NCBI GenBank assembly: GCA_038746835.1
Contig: JBCDKH010000002.1
Location: forward strand, 1,624-65,623
Direction of reading: 5' to 3'
DNA length: 64,000 nucleotides
Origin: Planctomycetota bacterium
GTDB taxonomy: Bacteria > Planctomycetota > Phycisphaerae > Tepidisphaerales > Tepidisphaeraceae
The notes beneath the pieces were generated by a model. It was given only the letters and a program-made list of their open reading frames with translations. It searched no databases and had not been told where the DNA came from. The translations under genes were made by a program, and so were the position numbers. Positions 18,514 through 27,234 of the stretch are shown one piece after another; positions within the stretch are counted from its first letter, which is position 1; each line of letters starts with the position of its first letter.

Positions 18514-19463
18514 CCGCCTCGACCACACAAGCCGACGCCCTGCACGTCGCCTTCGGCTGTGACGTGGGCTACCTCATTGGTGCCGCCGCGGCAGTGCAGT
18601 CGCTGCTGTCGCGTCACGAGGACCGCGTCCATCTGCACTTGCTGGCCAGCCCCGAAGTCGGCGACGAGGTGCGCGACTACTTCGATGGACGGTGCCGCAC
18701 GTACGGCGCGACGTTGCACTGGCACGTCGTCGACCGGGAGCTCCCTGGCAAGAAGCAGTCGCACCTGTTCCGCCTGCTCATCGCGGAACTCATCGATCCG
18801 GAGATCGATCGGATCCTGTACCTCGACAGCGACCTGGTCGTGCTGGATGACCTGTCGCCGATCTTCGAGCTCGACACCGGCGACGCGGTCTGTGCGGCAG
18901 CGCTCGACTACCTGTTCCCGACGATGGGCCTCGCCGACAACGGCAACCCGAAACGGAGCGCGGCAGGTTTCGTCGGCGACGAGCCATACGTCAACACCGG
19001 CGTCCTGCTCGTGCGCCCGCAGAAGTGGCGAGAGCGGAACGTCACCGAGCGAGCCTTGGCCGTTTTCGACGAGCACAAGGACTACCTGAACATGGTCGAC
19101 CAGGACGCGCTCAACCTGCTCCTGAAAGGTGACCTGCACGTCCTGGACGCCCGCTGGAACCTGCAGCTCTACAGCCTTCGCCGACCCCCGGCGCATCTTA
19201 CCAGCGGGCGTCGCCTGCTCGACGATCTCGTCGCTGCTGCCGAAAACCCGGCGATCGCGCATTTCACCGGCAAGGCCAAGCCGTGGAACGGGCAGGACCT
19301 GCGCAATCCGTTCCGCCCCGCCTTCCACGAAGCGCTGCTCGCCGCCGACTTCCTCGACGATGCCGAGGCCCGGCAGCAGCGCAAGCTCCGCACGAAGCAT
19401 CGCCTGCTCAAGCCGATCAACCTGATCAAGCCCTGGCGTCAGTCGCCCACCGCCGCCGCATGA
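18510..19463 (+). CDS. GT8-family glycosyltransferase
   Basis: Within ORF 18330..19463; ATG 18510 overlaps the previous stop (ATGA). Motifs ..LHVAFGCDVGYLIGAAAAVQSLL.., ..ILYLDSDLVVLDDL.., ..YVNTGVLLV.., ..DQDALN.. and ..HFTGKAKPW. Confidence 0.85.
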   Translation: MTASTTQADALHVAFGCDVGYLIGAAAAVQSLLSRHEDRVHLHLLASPEVGDEVRDYFDGRCRTYGATLHWHVVDRELPGKKQSHLFRLLIAELIDPEIDRILYLDSDLVVLDDLSPIFELDTGDAVCAAALDYLFPTMGLADNGNPKRSAAGFVGDEPYVNTGVLLVRPQKWRERNVTERALAVFDEHKDYLNMVDQDALNLLLKGDLHVLDARWNLQLYSLRRPPAHLTSGRRLLDDLVAAAENPAIAHFTGKAKPWNGQDLRNPFRPAFHEALLAADFLDDAEARQQRKLRTKHRLLKPINLIKPWRQSPTAAA

Positions 19464-20452
19464 CCGACTCGACCGACCATTCCGTTGCCGACTCGTTCGA
19501 CCTGGTCCTCGGGTGCGACGACCGGTTCTCCATCGGCCTGGGCGTCATGCTCTACAGCGTGCTCAAGCACCTGCAGCCCGGCATGCCGGCACGCGTCTTC
19601 ATTCTCGACGACGGCATCAGCCCGGAGAACCGCGAGCGGATCGAACGCATCGCCGCTCCGCGCGTCGCGGACGGTTGCGTCTGGCTCAAACCGCAGCTGC
19701 CCGAAGGCGACCATCTCAAGGGCAAGGGGAAGATCAGCAAGGCGACGTACTCGCGGATCCTGATTCCGCACCTCCTGCCAGCCGACGTCAAACGGGCCGT
19801 CTTCGTCGACGTCGACATGCTCTGCTGCAGGGACCTCGGCACGTTGGCGACGATGCCGCTTGACGGCAACGCGCTCCTGGCCGTCCAGGACTACCGCTAC
19901 CCGACGCTGCGTCACACACTGCCCAAGCAGGAGGTCCTCGACCGCCTCGAACGCGACGGCGACGCGCCCTACTTCAACGGCGGCTTCCTCGTCTTCGACA
20001 TGGAATCGTGGCGCCAAGACGACCTGCCCGATCAGGTCTTCAAAGCCCTTCACGACGTCCGCGACGACACCTTCTTCGTCAACCAGGATGGCCTGAACAT
20101 CGCACTCCAGGGCAAGTGGAAGCAGCTCGCCCCGTCGTACAACGTGCAGGAGAACACGCTGCGTCGGCCCGAGAAGCTGCCGGATCATCCGTACACGCAG
20201 CAGTTGATTCGCGACACGAGCCGCCTGCTCTCTGAGCCGGGCGTCTACCACTACACCGGCCACAGCAAGCCCTGGACGGATGCTGTCACTGGCAAGTTGC
20301 GTGGGCGATGGGCGAGCTTTCTCGCGGAGAGCGACTACTTCAGCACGGGCGAGCTGTACGCCTTCCGCGCCGGCTGGGCGTCGCGTGTGGCCAAGCGTGT
20401 TCTGAGCCACGGACCCGCGGCCGTCGGCAAGAAGCTCCGTCGTGCCGGCTAG
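19460..20452 (+). CDS. GT8-family glycosyltransferase (paralog of the previous gene)
   Basis: Within ORF 19283..20452; ATG 19460 overlaps the previous stop (ATGA). Motifs ..LVLGCDDRFSIGLGVMLYSVL.., ..AVFVDVDMLCCRDL.., ..YFNGGFLVF.., ..NQDGLN.. and ..HYTGHSKPW. Confidence 0.85.
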   Translation: MTDSTDHSVADSFDLVLGCDDRFSIGLGVMLYSVLKHLQPGMPARVFILDDGISPENRERIERIAAPRVADGCVWLKPQLPEGDHLKGKGKISKATYSRILIPHLLPADVKRAVFVDVDMLCCRDLGTLATMPLDGNALLAVQDYRYPTLRHTLPKQEVLDRLERDGDAPYFNGGFLVFDMESWRQDDLPDQVFKALHDVRDDTFFVNQDGLNIALQGKWKQLAPSYNVQENTLRRPEKLPDHPYTQQLIRDTSRLLSEPGVYHYTGHSKPWTDAVTGKLRGRWASFLAESDYFSTGELYAFRAGWASRVAKRVLSHGPAAVGKKLRRAG

Positions 20453-20462
20453 CACGCCCGCC

Positions 20463-21503
20463 ATGCACGTCGTTCCCGTCATCTACGAGACGCGTCCGTC
20501 CGACATGGTGGGCGTCAAGCTGCTGCTGCTGAGTCTCCGCCGGCATCATCCAGACCTTCGGCCGGTGGTCATCCTGCCGAACGTCACCGACGTCGAGTCG
20601 GCCTGGCTGGCCGAGCACACCGACGCGACGCTGCGGAACGATCTGGCGAGCGAGCTGTCAACGTGGAACGTCAAGCCCGACGTCCTGGGCCGACTCGTCG
20701 ACGAGCAGCCGGACGAGACGTTTCTCTGGATCGACAGCGACATCGTGCTGCACAAGCCGATGCCGCCGGTCGTGTTTGAAGGGTCGCCGGACGATTTCGT
20801 CGTGGCCGAGGAGTATCGCCTCGCCCGGCAGCCCGGAACGAAGGTCCGCACCCGGCAGTGGGGCTACCAGGAGGCCCGTCGCCTGAATTGCACCGTCAAC
20901 TCGTGCATCCTCCGGCTGACCAAGACCCACAAGCCGCTGCTCGCCGAGTGGATGCGACTGACGTCGCTGCCCGAGTATCAGTCGGTGCAGAAACAGGACT
21001 GGCGCACCCGGCCGCTGCACATGGTCGGCGGGCAGGACATCCTCACCGGCTTGCTCGGCTCGAAGGAGTTTGCACACATCCACCTCCGCTGGGTCCGACG
21101 CGGACGCGACATCGCCCAGTGCTACGAGTCGCGCGGCTACCCGGCGAACGAGCGGCTGGCCAACCTCTTCCGCGGTCTGCCGCCGTTCGTGCATGCCCAG
21201 GGCGAAAAGCCGTGGCGTGAGCACCGATCGGCCCTCAGCATGGACGTCGCACCGCTGAAGTACGTCGCCCGCGACTACCCGGAGGCGCTTGGTGTTGCTG
21301 AGGGTGAGCTGGACGGCTGGACCGATCCGCTCACGCCGACGGGACGACTCGTCGACCGTTTGTTGTTGGGCAATCCGAACCTCGTCGGCCTTCCGTCCAC
21401 GGTGGCGGGCGAGGCGAAGTGGCTGCTCAAACGCACGGCTGCCGTGCTGTCGGGCGCAACCCGGCGGGAAGTCGGCCCGCCTCGCAGCGAGCCACCCGCG
21501 TGA
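20463..21503 (+). CDS. Hypothetical protein, divergent GT8-like / GT-A-fold candidate
   Basis: Within ORF 20442..21503 (GTG 20442 or ATG 20463). HVVPVIYETRPSDMVGVKLLLLSL, the DxD-like WIDSDIV, ..GGQDILTGLL.. and ..HAQGEKPW loosely echo the two upstream GT8 genes. Confidence 0.55.
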   Translation: MHVVPVIYETRPSDMVGVKLLLLSLRRHHPDLRPVVILPNVTDVESAWLAEHTDATLRNDLASELSTWNVKPDVLGRLVDEQPDETFLWIDSDIVLHKPMPPVVFEGSPDDFVVAEEYRLARQPGTKVRTRQWGYQEARRLNCTVNSCILRLTKTHKPLLAEWMRLTSLPEYQSVQKQDWRTRPLHMVGGQDILTGLLGSKEFAHIHLRWVRRGRDIAQCYESRGYPANERLANLFRGLPPFVHAQGEKPWREHRSALSMDVAPLKYVARDYPEALGVAEGELDGWTDPLTPTGRLVDRLLLGNPNLVGLPSTVAGEAKWLLKRTAAVLSGATRREVGPPRSEPPA

Positions 21504-21516
21504 GAACGGCTCACGC
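21498..21516. terminator. Small hairpin built from the two convergent stop codons (EPS operon end / dnaA end)
   Basis: GCGTGAG-AACGG-CTCACGC: a 7-bp stem in which TGA (21501-21503) and TCA (21511-21513, the dnaA stop on the minus strand) sit in the two arms. CGTTTCG follows on the plus strand. Confidence 0.3.
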
Positions 21517-22950
21517 CGTTTCGAGCTTCGCCTGGACGGCTTTGAGCTGGCCGGCGAACTCTTCGTCGGTGTCGAGCAGATTCGTGATCGTGCGGACCGC
21601 GTGCAGGACGGTCGTGTGGTCGCGCCCGCCGAAGTGGCCGCCGATTTCTTCGAGGCTGAAGTTCGTGTTCTTGCGCGCCAGATACATGCTCAGCTGCCTG
21701 GGCAGGACGATGCTGCGCGGGCGACGCTTGCCCTGCAGGTCGCCGACCTTCACGCCGAAGTACTCGCACACGGCCTCCATGATCGCGTCGATCGTGAGTC
21801 GCTTGGACCGCACGGGCGACGTCGCCTCGCCCAGAGCCGACTTGGCCAGATCGAGCGTGATCGGCTTGGCGTCGACTCGGCCGTTGGCATCGACGGCGTC
21901 GTCCTTGCCGGGCAGTTGGCTCAGGCCCTGGAGTTTGGTCAGGACGCCTTCGAGTTCCCGCGTGTTGGCTTCGACGTGCGACGCGACGTAGTCGAGCACC
22001 TCGTCTTCGATCGTCAGGCCACGCAGACGGGCCTTGCTGCGGAGGATCGCGACGCGTGTCTCGAAGCAAGGCTTCTCCAGCGGCGCGACCAGGCCCCAGT
22101 TGAATCGGCTGACGAGGCGCTCTTCGAGCTCCGGAACTTCCCCGGGCGGCGCGTCGGCGGAGAGGACGATCTGCTTCTGCTGCTGGTACAGCGTGTTGAA
22201 CGTGTGGAAGAACTCTTCCTGCGTCCGCTCACGCCCCTTGAGGAAGTGGATGTCGTCGATGACCAGCACATCCGCCGACCGATAGCGGAAGCGGAAGTTG
22301 TTCATGTCACCTGACTCGACGGCGTTCATGAACTGGTTGATGAACGCGTCGCACGACAGGTAGAGGATCTTGAGATCCGGTCGCTTGTCGAGAAGCCGCT
22401 GACAGATCGCCTGAAGCAGGTGCGTCTTGCCGAGCCCGACACCGCCGTGGAGGAAGAGCGGGTTGTACGCCCGTCCGGGCTGATCCGCGACGGCCACTGA
22501 CGCTGCGTGGGCGAGGCGATTGTCTGGGCCGGTGATGAACTGCTCGAAGACGTAGTCGGGCGTCAGGGAGACGCCCTGCCCGTCACTGGCCTGGCCGAGA
22601 TATCCGCCAAAGCCGTCGATGAAGCCGCCTGCCCGGACCTTGGGGCAGTGGAACAGGACGACGTTGAGCCGGTTCGTGACGGCCTGGACGGCCGCGTTGA
22701 ACGCCTGCTGGCACGGGCCGGTGAGAAAGTCGAGCTGGCCGACGCTTTGGCAGGTGACGTGGATGACGCCGTTGTCGAGCTGTCGTGCGACGAGCTGTTC
22801 GAACCAGGTTCGGTTGAGCGTCGGATTGGTGAGCCGGACGTGGTTGAGGATTCGGTTCCAGACGGCCGGGTCCAGCCTCGGGGGTAAGGGTCCGCCGACG
22901 TTGGCGGGGTCGAAGTTTCCGGGGTTGGGGCTGGCAGGTAATGCGGTCAT
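21511..22950 (-). CDS. dnaA: Chromosomal replication initiator protein DnaA
   Basis: 479-aa ORF. Walker A LFLHGGVGLGKTHLLQAI, Walker B VLVIDDIHFL and C-terminal DNA-binding ..LARKNTNFSLEEIGGHFGGRDHTTVLHAVR... Confidence 0.97.
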   Translation of the reverse strand: MTALPASPNPGNFDPANVGGPLPPRLDPAVWNRILNHVRLTNPTLNRTWFEQLVARQLDNGVIHVTCQSVGQLDFLTGPCQQAFNAAVQAVTNRLNVVLFHCPKVRAGGFIDGFGGYLGQASDGQGVSLTPDYVFEQFITGPDNRLAHAASVAVADQPGRAYNPLFLHGGVGLGKTHLLQAICQRLLDKRPDLKILYLSCDAFINQFMNAVESGDMNNFRFRYRSADVLVIDDIHFLKGRERTQEEFFHTFNTLYQQQKQIVLSADAPPGEVPELEERLVSRFNWGLVAPLEKPCFETRVAILRSKARLRGLTIEDEVLDYVASHVEANTRELEGVLTKLQGLSQLPGKDDAVDANGRVDAKPITLDLAKSALGEATSPVRSKRLTIDAIMEAVCEYFGVKVGDLQGKRRPRSIVLPRQLSMYLARKNTNFSLEEIGGHFGGRDHTTVLHAVRTITNLLDTDEEFAGQLKAVQAKLETA

Positions 22951-23384
22951 CGAGTGGCTCGCAAAGCGCCTTGGTTGGATGTCGTGTCGGCTCGTGCGTC
23001 GACAGTCCTTGTCGTCGCCCGTCGCCGATGGCCGGTCGGCGGTGCCATGTTTCGAGCGTCTGGCAGTGCGGCTCGAAGAGACGAGACGTCAACGCCGACC
23101 GGTGCGAAAAACACCGGAAAACGCCCAGCTATGCGCCATGCGGCGCTCTCCTGTCGGGTCCCGAACCGGGTCCCTCTCAACAACGCCGATGGCCACCGGC
23201 GTCGCGTCTCGCGGCGAGTGCCGCAGGGGCTGAAGATAGTGCAGTCGAGCGCTGCATCAACCCGGATGCTGCTGCTCCTTCCGGCACAACCCGATCAAGC
23301 CCGCATGCCGACAACGGACCGGCGAACTTTCAGTCGCGGCAAAATGTTACCGTTGCGCATCCATCGCCTGGACGACGACGAGGC

Positions 23385-24254
23385 TCATCCCGATTTGCCC
23401 AGACGCTCCACGACTTGCTGCAAGTCTTCCCACACCGCGCGACGATTCGCAGGCGTGTAGCTGCGGAGCAAATAGGCCGGGTGATACGTCGGCATCACGT
23501 CGATCCCTCGAAATGTGTGCCATCGTCCACGGAGCTTCCCCATCGATTGCTGCACGCCCAGGATGTGCTTCGTCGCGGGCAGGCCGAGCGTGACGATGAC
23601 CTTCGGGCGGATGAGTTCGAGCTGGCGATGCAGGTACGGCGTGCAAGCGGCGATCTCGCCGGCAACGGGCGTCCGGTTGCCCGGCGGACGGCACTTGACG
23701 ACGTTGGCGATGTAGACGTCGGCCCGGCCGAAGCCCATCGCCTTGATCATCTCGTCGAGCTTCTGACCCGCCCTGCCGACGAAGGGCCTGCCCGAGAGAT
23801 CTTCGTTCTCACCCGGGCCTTCGCCGACGAACATGAGATTTGCCTCGGGATCGCCCTCGCCGAACACGGTGTGCGTGCGATTCTCGCTGAGCGCACACTT
23901 CGTGCAGCCGCGGACCTCGTCGTCGTCGAGTTTGACCAGAAGCTCGATCCGCTTCTGCCTCGGCAGCGGCGGGTCCGTGAACGGCGTGTAAGTGGTCTCG
24001 GCAGCTGACGTCGAGGCTTTCACAGGGTTGCCGAAAAGGTCGGTGGCGGGAGCGACGGGCTTGGCCCGCGGAGCGGGTTTCGCAGGCGCGGCGGCGGGCG
24101 TCGGCGTAGCTGCTGGCGTCGGAGGTCGCGGCTTCGGCTGCGAGCGAGGCTTTCGCAGGATCGCCGGGTCGATCGGCAACGCCTCGACCCCGAACGCCCG
24201 CTCCGCCATCAGAGCATTGCGCAGGCGGGCTCGAAGGACGGCCGAATCGCTCAT
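23385..24254 (-). CDS. Uracil-DNA glycosylase, family 4
   Basis: Within ORF 23385..24308. Motifs CTKCAL, GEGPGENED, ..VKCRPPGNR.. and ..HPAYLLR. The 24308 ATG lies inside the adjacent palindromic repeat, so in-frame ATG 24254 (MSDSAVLRARL) is preferred. Confidence 0.88.
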   Translation of the reverse strand: MSDSAVLRARLRNALMAERAFGVEALPIDPAILRKPRSQPKPRPPTPAATPTPAAAPAKPAPRAKPVAPATDLFGNPVKASTSAAETTYTPFTDPPLPRQKRIELLVKLDDDEVRGCTKCALSENRTHTVFGEGDPEANLMFVGEGPGENEDLSGRPFVGRAGQKLDEMIKAMGFGRADVYIANVVKCRPPGNRTPVAGEIAACTPYLHRQLELIRPKVIVTLGLPATKHILGVQQSMGKLRGRWHTFRGIDVMPTYHPAYLLRSYTPANRRAVWEDLQQVVERLGKSG

Positions 24255-24301
24255 GCGGGACCGTAGACCGTCGCCTCCGCGAGGCACCCGCGCCGACCGA
24301 T

Positions 24302-24395
24302 CCGTCATCCTGAGCGAGCGCAGCGAGTTGAAGGACCTCGCTTGGGCTCCGGAGCGCCAACGGGCGAGGTCCCTCGGCTGCGTTCGGGATGACGG
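24302..24395 (+). repeat. Palindromic intergenic element, family A, copy 1
   Basis: Left arm CCGTCATCCTGAGCGAGCGCAGCGAGTTGAAGGACCTCG, a ~24-nt centre, then right arm CGAGGTCCCTCGGCTGCGTTCGGGATGACGG. Confidence 0.95.
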
Positions 24396-24417
24396 TTCAA
24401 GCCGCTAAGCTCGACGC

Positions 24418-25545
24418 ATGAGCCTTGCCAAAGAGACCCAAGCCGAGTTCGCCCCGCCGTCGCCACTTCCGCCTCGGTCGGAGATCTTGCAGAGCCCGAT
24501 CAAGCACTTCGACATGACGGCCGTCGACGTCCGTCCGGTCGTCGAGCAGATGGCGAGCACGGCCTTTTCGGGTCGCGATCTCGCACGGGCCGCACGCATT
24601 TTCGACGCGATGACCGGCGACCACGAGTGCGCCGCCATCCTCACCCTCGCCGGCAGCCTCATCTCGGCCGGCATGAAGCACGTCATCGTCGACATGCTCG
24701 AGGCGAACATGATCGACGCAGTCGTCTCCACGGGCGCGAACATCGTCGACCAGGACTTTTTCGAGGCGCTGGGCTTCAAGCACTACATCGCAGACGACCG
24801 GTACAAGAGCGGCGTTTGGGACGACCAGCTCCGCGAGCTGATGATCGACCGCATTTACGACACGTTCATCGACGAGGAAGAGCTCCGCGTCTGCGACGAT
24901 CTGTGCGGCGAGATCTGCGATCGCCTCGAGCCCCGGCCGCACTCGTCACGCGAGTACATGGGCGTCCTCGGCAAGCACCTCGACGAGGTCGGCGTCAAAG
25001 GCGATGGCAAGTCGATTCTGCACACGGCGTACAAGAAAGGCGTGCCGATCTTCCTCCCCGCCGCCGCGGATTGCTCGGCCGGCTTCGGGATGATCCAGCA
25101 CCAGATGCGTCGCATGAAGGCCGGCGAGAGCACGATGTTCAGCATCGATGCCGTCCGCGACTTCTACGAGCTGTGCCTCGTCAAAGACAAGAACCCCAGC
25201 ACCGGCCTGTTCATGATCGGCGGCGGCGTGCCCAAGAACTACGCCCAGGACATCGCCGTCGCGGCCGACATCTTCGGCAAAGAGCCGACGATGCACAAGT
25301 ACGCGGTCCAGATCACCGTCGCCGACGTTCGGGACGGTGCGCTCAGCTCGTCGACGCTGAAAGAGGCGTGCTCCTGGGGGAAAGTCGACGTTGCTGAGGA
25401 GCAGATGGTCTTCAGCGAGGCGACCGTCGCGATGCCGCTGATCGCGGGCTACGCGTGGCACAACCGCAAGTGGGAACGCCGGCCCGAGAAGCGACTGGTC
25501 GACGTGATCGAGTCCGAAACACCGACAGAGCAAGCAGTCGCTTGA
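24418..25545 (+). CDS. Deoxyhypusine synthase-family protein (bacterial DHS-like)
   Basis: 375-aa ORF. Motifs ..LAGSLISAGMKHVIVDMLEANMIDAVVSTGANIVDQDFFEALG.. and ..IGGGVPKNYAQD... Confidence 0.8.
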   Translation: MSLAKETQAEFAPPSPLPPRSEILQSPIKHFDMTAVDVRPVVEQMASTAFSGRDLARAARIFDAMTGDHECAAILTLAGSLISAGMKHVIVDMLEANMIDAVVSTGANIVDQDFFEALGFKHYIADDRYKSGVWDDQLRELMIDRIYDTFIDEEELRVCDDLCGEICDRLEPRPHSSREYMGVLGKHLDEVGVKGDGKSILHTAYKKGVPIFLPAAADCSAGFGMIQHQMRRMKAGESTMFSIDAVRDFYELCLVKDKNPSTGLFMIGGGVPKNYAQDIAVAADIFGKEPTMHKYAVQITVADVRDGALSSSTLKEACSWGKVDVAEEQMVFSEATVAMPLIAGYAWHNRKWERRPEKRLVDVIESETPTEQAVA

Positions 25546-25568
25546 AGACGCTACGTCGACCCCCACCT

Positions 25569-25660
25569 CCGTCATCCTGAGCGAGCGAAGCGAGTCGAAG
25601 GACCTCGCGTTCGTCGGTGCAAGTCCAGGCGAGGTCCCTCGACTGCGCTCGGGATGACGG
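25569..25660 (+). repeat. Palindromic intergenic element, family A, copy 2
   Basis: CCGTCATCCTGAGCGAGCGAAGCGAGTCGAAGGACCTCG ... CGAGGTCCCTCGACTGCGCTCGGGATGACGG. Confidence 0.95.
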
Positions 25661-25721
25661 AGAAGACTCCGTCGCGGTCTCGTAGCGGTTTGGCGCAGCG
25701 GGCGGTGTCGCGTACCTTGAC

Positions 25722-27128
25722 GTGCCGTCCACGCGGAGGTCGCCAGGGCCGGCGCGAGGTGTTGTGACAGAAGTCGATTCAGTTTCGCCCAGCGTCGACG
25801 GCATCGAACGAGTCGCCAAGCGGCTCAAGTCTGTGCGTTCGCGCCACCGCAAAGGCCGACATGCCGAGGCGCACGAGGCCAAGCCGCAGGACGAAAAACG
25901 CCGCCGAGGTGTGAAAAAGCGGCTTTTCGCCGACGACCGCGTCCCGTCGAAGGACGCCGAGCTCGTCGACGATGCCGACGGCCTGGCGGAAGTCCTTGCC
26001 CACCTGCGCGGCGACGACATCGGCTCGCCACGCCGATTCGCGTACGACACCGAGTTCATCGGCGAGACCAGTTACCACCCGAAGCTCTGCCTGCTCCAGG
26101 TCGGCACGTGCGAGAAGGTGTACCTCGTCGACCCGCTGGCGGAAATGGACACCGGGCCGCTGTTGGCGTTGCTGGTCGACCCGTCGATCCAGAAGATCGT
26201 CCACGCCGGTGAGCAGGACCTCGAGCCCGTCGCACGTCTGACGGGCAAGGTGCCGGCCAACGTGATCGACACGCAGATCGCCGCCGCGTTCTGCGGGCTG
26301 CCCTACCCGGCAAGCCTGGCAAAGCTTGTCGAGCACGTCTCGTCCTGCTTCATGGACGACCTCGGATCGCCCGGCGGCGGGCTCAAGCTGGGCAAGGGGT
26401 ACACCTTCACGCAGTGGGACGCCCGTCCACTCTCCAGCAAACAGCTCGCATATGCCGCTGACGACGTGCGGTATCTGCCGATCGTGCTGGACTGGATCGA
26501 GGGGCAGCTCGACGCGAGCGAGGAGCGCAAGAGGTGGATGCGTGCCGAGTGCGACCTGCGATGCCAGAAGGCCGCTGATGAGGCGGATGCCGACCCGTGG
26601 GAGCGTCTCCGCGGCTACGGCGGCATCGACGACAACGGCCGCCCGATCCTGCGTGCACTGGCACGCTGGCGCGACTCGGCCGCCCGCGAGGCCGACCTCC
26701 CGCCGCGGGCCTTGGTGCGTGACGACGTGCTGGTCTACCTCGCCAAAAACCCGCCGAAACCAGGGAACAAGCAGCGAATTGGCGAGATCCGCCACATGCC
26801 CAAACCCGTGGCCGAGCAGTTCGGCGATGCGATCATGGCAGCGATCGACGCTGGCCGCGACCAGAAGGACGACGCCACGCCGGACCATCAGCCGTACGAG
26901 CCATCGCTGGCGGACAAGTTTGCGGCCGATGCTGCGTGGGCCAAGCTGCAGAGCCTCGCCTACGACCGTGGCCTGGACCCGAACCTCGTCGCCAGCCGAC
27001 GCGACGTCGAAGGCCTGCTCCGTCGCCACGCAGAGGACCGCGTCCGTGACGACGAACTCCTCCTCACCGGCTGGCGCGGCGAAGCCGTCGGGCAGGCCTG
27101 GGCTGCAGCAGTGCTTTCGAGCAGCTGA
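25722..27128 (+). CDS. rnd: Ribonuclease D (DEDDy 3'-5' exonuclease + HRDC-like region)
   Basis: 468-aa ORF with GTG start. The first ~100 aa are basic and low-complexity. Motifs FAYDTEF, VHAGEQDL and YAADDVRYL, then ..ILRALARWRDSAAREADLPPRALVRDDVLVYLA... Confidence 0.85.
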   Translation: MPSTRRSPGPARGVVTEVDSVSPSVDGIERVAKRLKSVRSRHRKGRHAEAHEAKPQDEKRRRGVKKRLFADDRVPSKDAELVDDADGLAEVLAHLRGDDIGSPRRFAYDTEFIGETSYHPKLCLLQVGTCEKVYLVDPLAEMDTGPLLALLVDPSIQKIVHAGEQDLEPVARLTGKVPANVIDTQIAAAFCGLPYPASLAKLVEHVSSCFMDDLGSPGGGLKLGKGYTFTQWDARPLSSKQLAYAADDVRYLPIVLDWIEGQLDASEERKRWMRAECDLRCQKAADEADADPWERLRGYGGIDDNGRPILRALARWRDSAAREADLPPRALVRDDVLVYLAKNPPKPGNKQRIGEIRHMPKPVAEQFGDAIMAAIDAGRDQKDDATPDHQPYEPSLADKFAADAAWAKLQSLAYDRGLDPNLVASRRDVEGLLRRHAEDRVRDDELLLTGWRGEAVGQAWAAAVLSSS

Positions 27129-27140
27129 CGCAACGCCCCT

Positions 27141-27234
27141 CCGTCATCCTGAGCGAGCGCAGCGAGTCGAAGGACCTCGCCTGACTTCGACGGCAGAATC
27201 AGACGTGGTCCCTCGGCTGCGCTCGGGATGACGG
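27141..27234 (+). repeat. Palindromic intergenic element, family A, copy 3
   Basis: CCGTCATCCTGAGCGAGCGCAGCGAGTCGAAGGACCTCG ... TGGTCCCTCGGCTGCGCTCGGGATGACGG. The centre CCTGACTTCGACGGCAGAATCAGACG resembles copies 4 and 5. Confidence 0.95.

Noticed and set aside
22951-23384. oriC immediately upstream of dnaA.
   Set aside because: No DnaA-box-like 9-mers, no AT-rich DUE and no dnaN. The spacer is GC-rich. This was kept only as a negative observation to be checked by GC skew.
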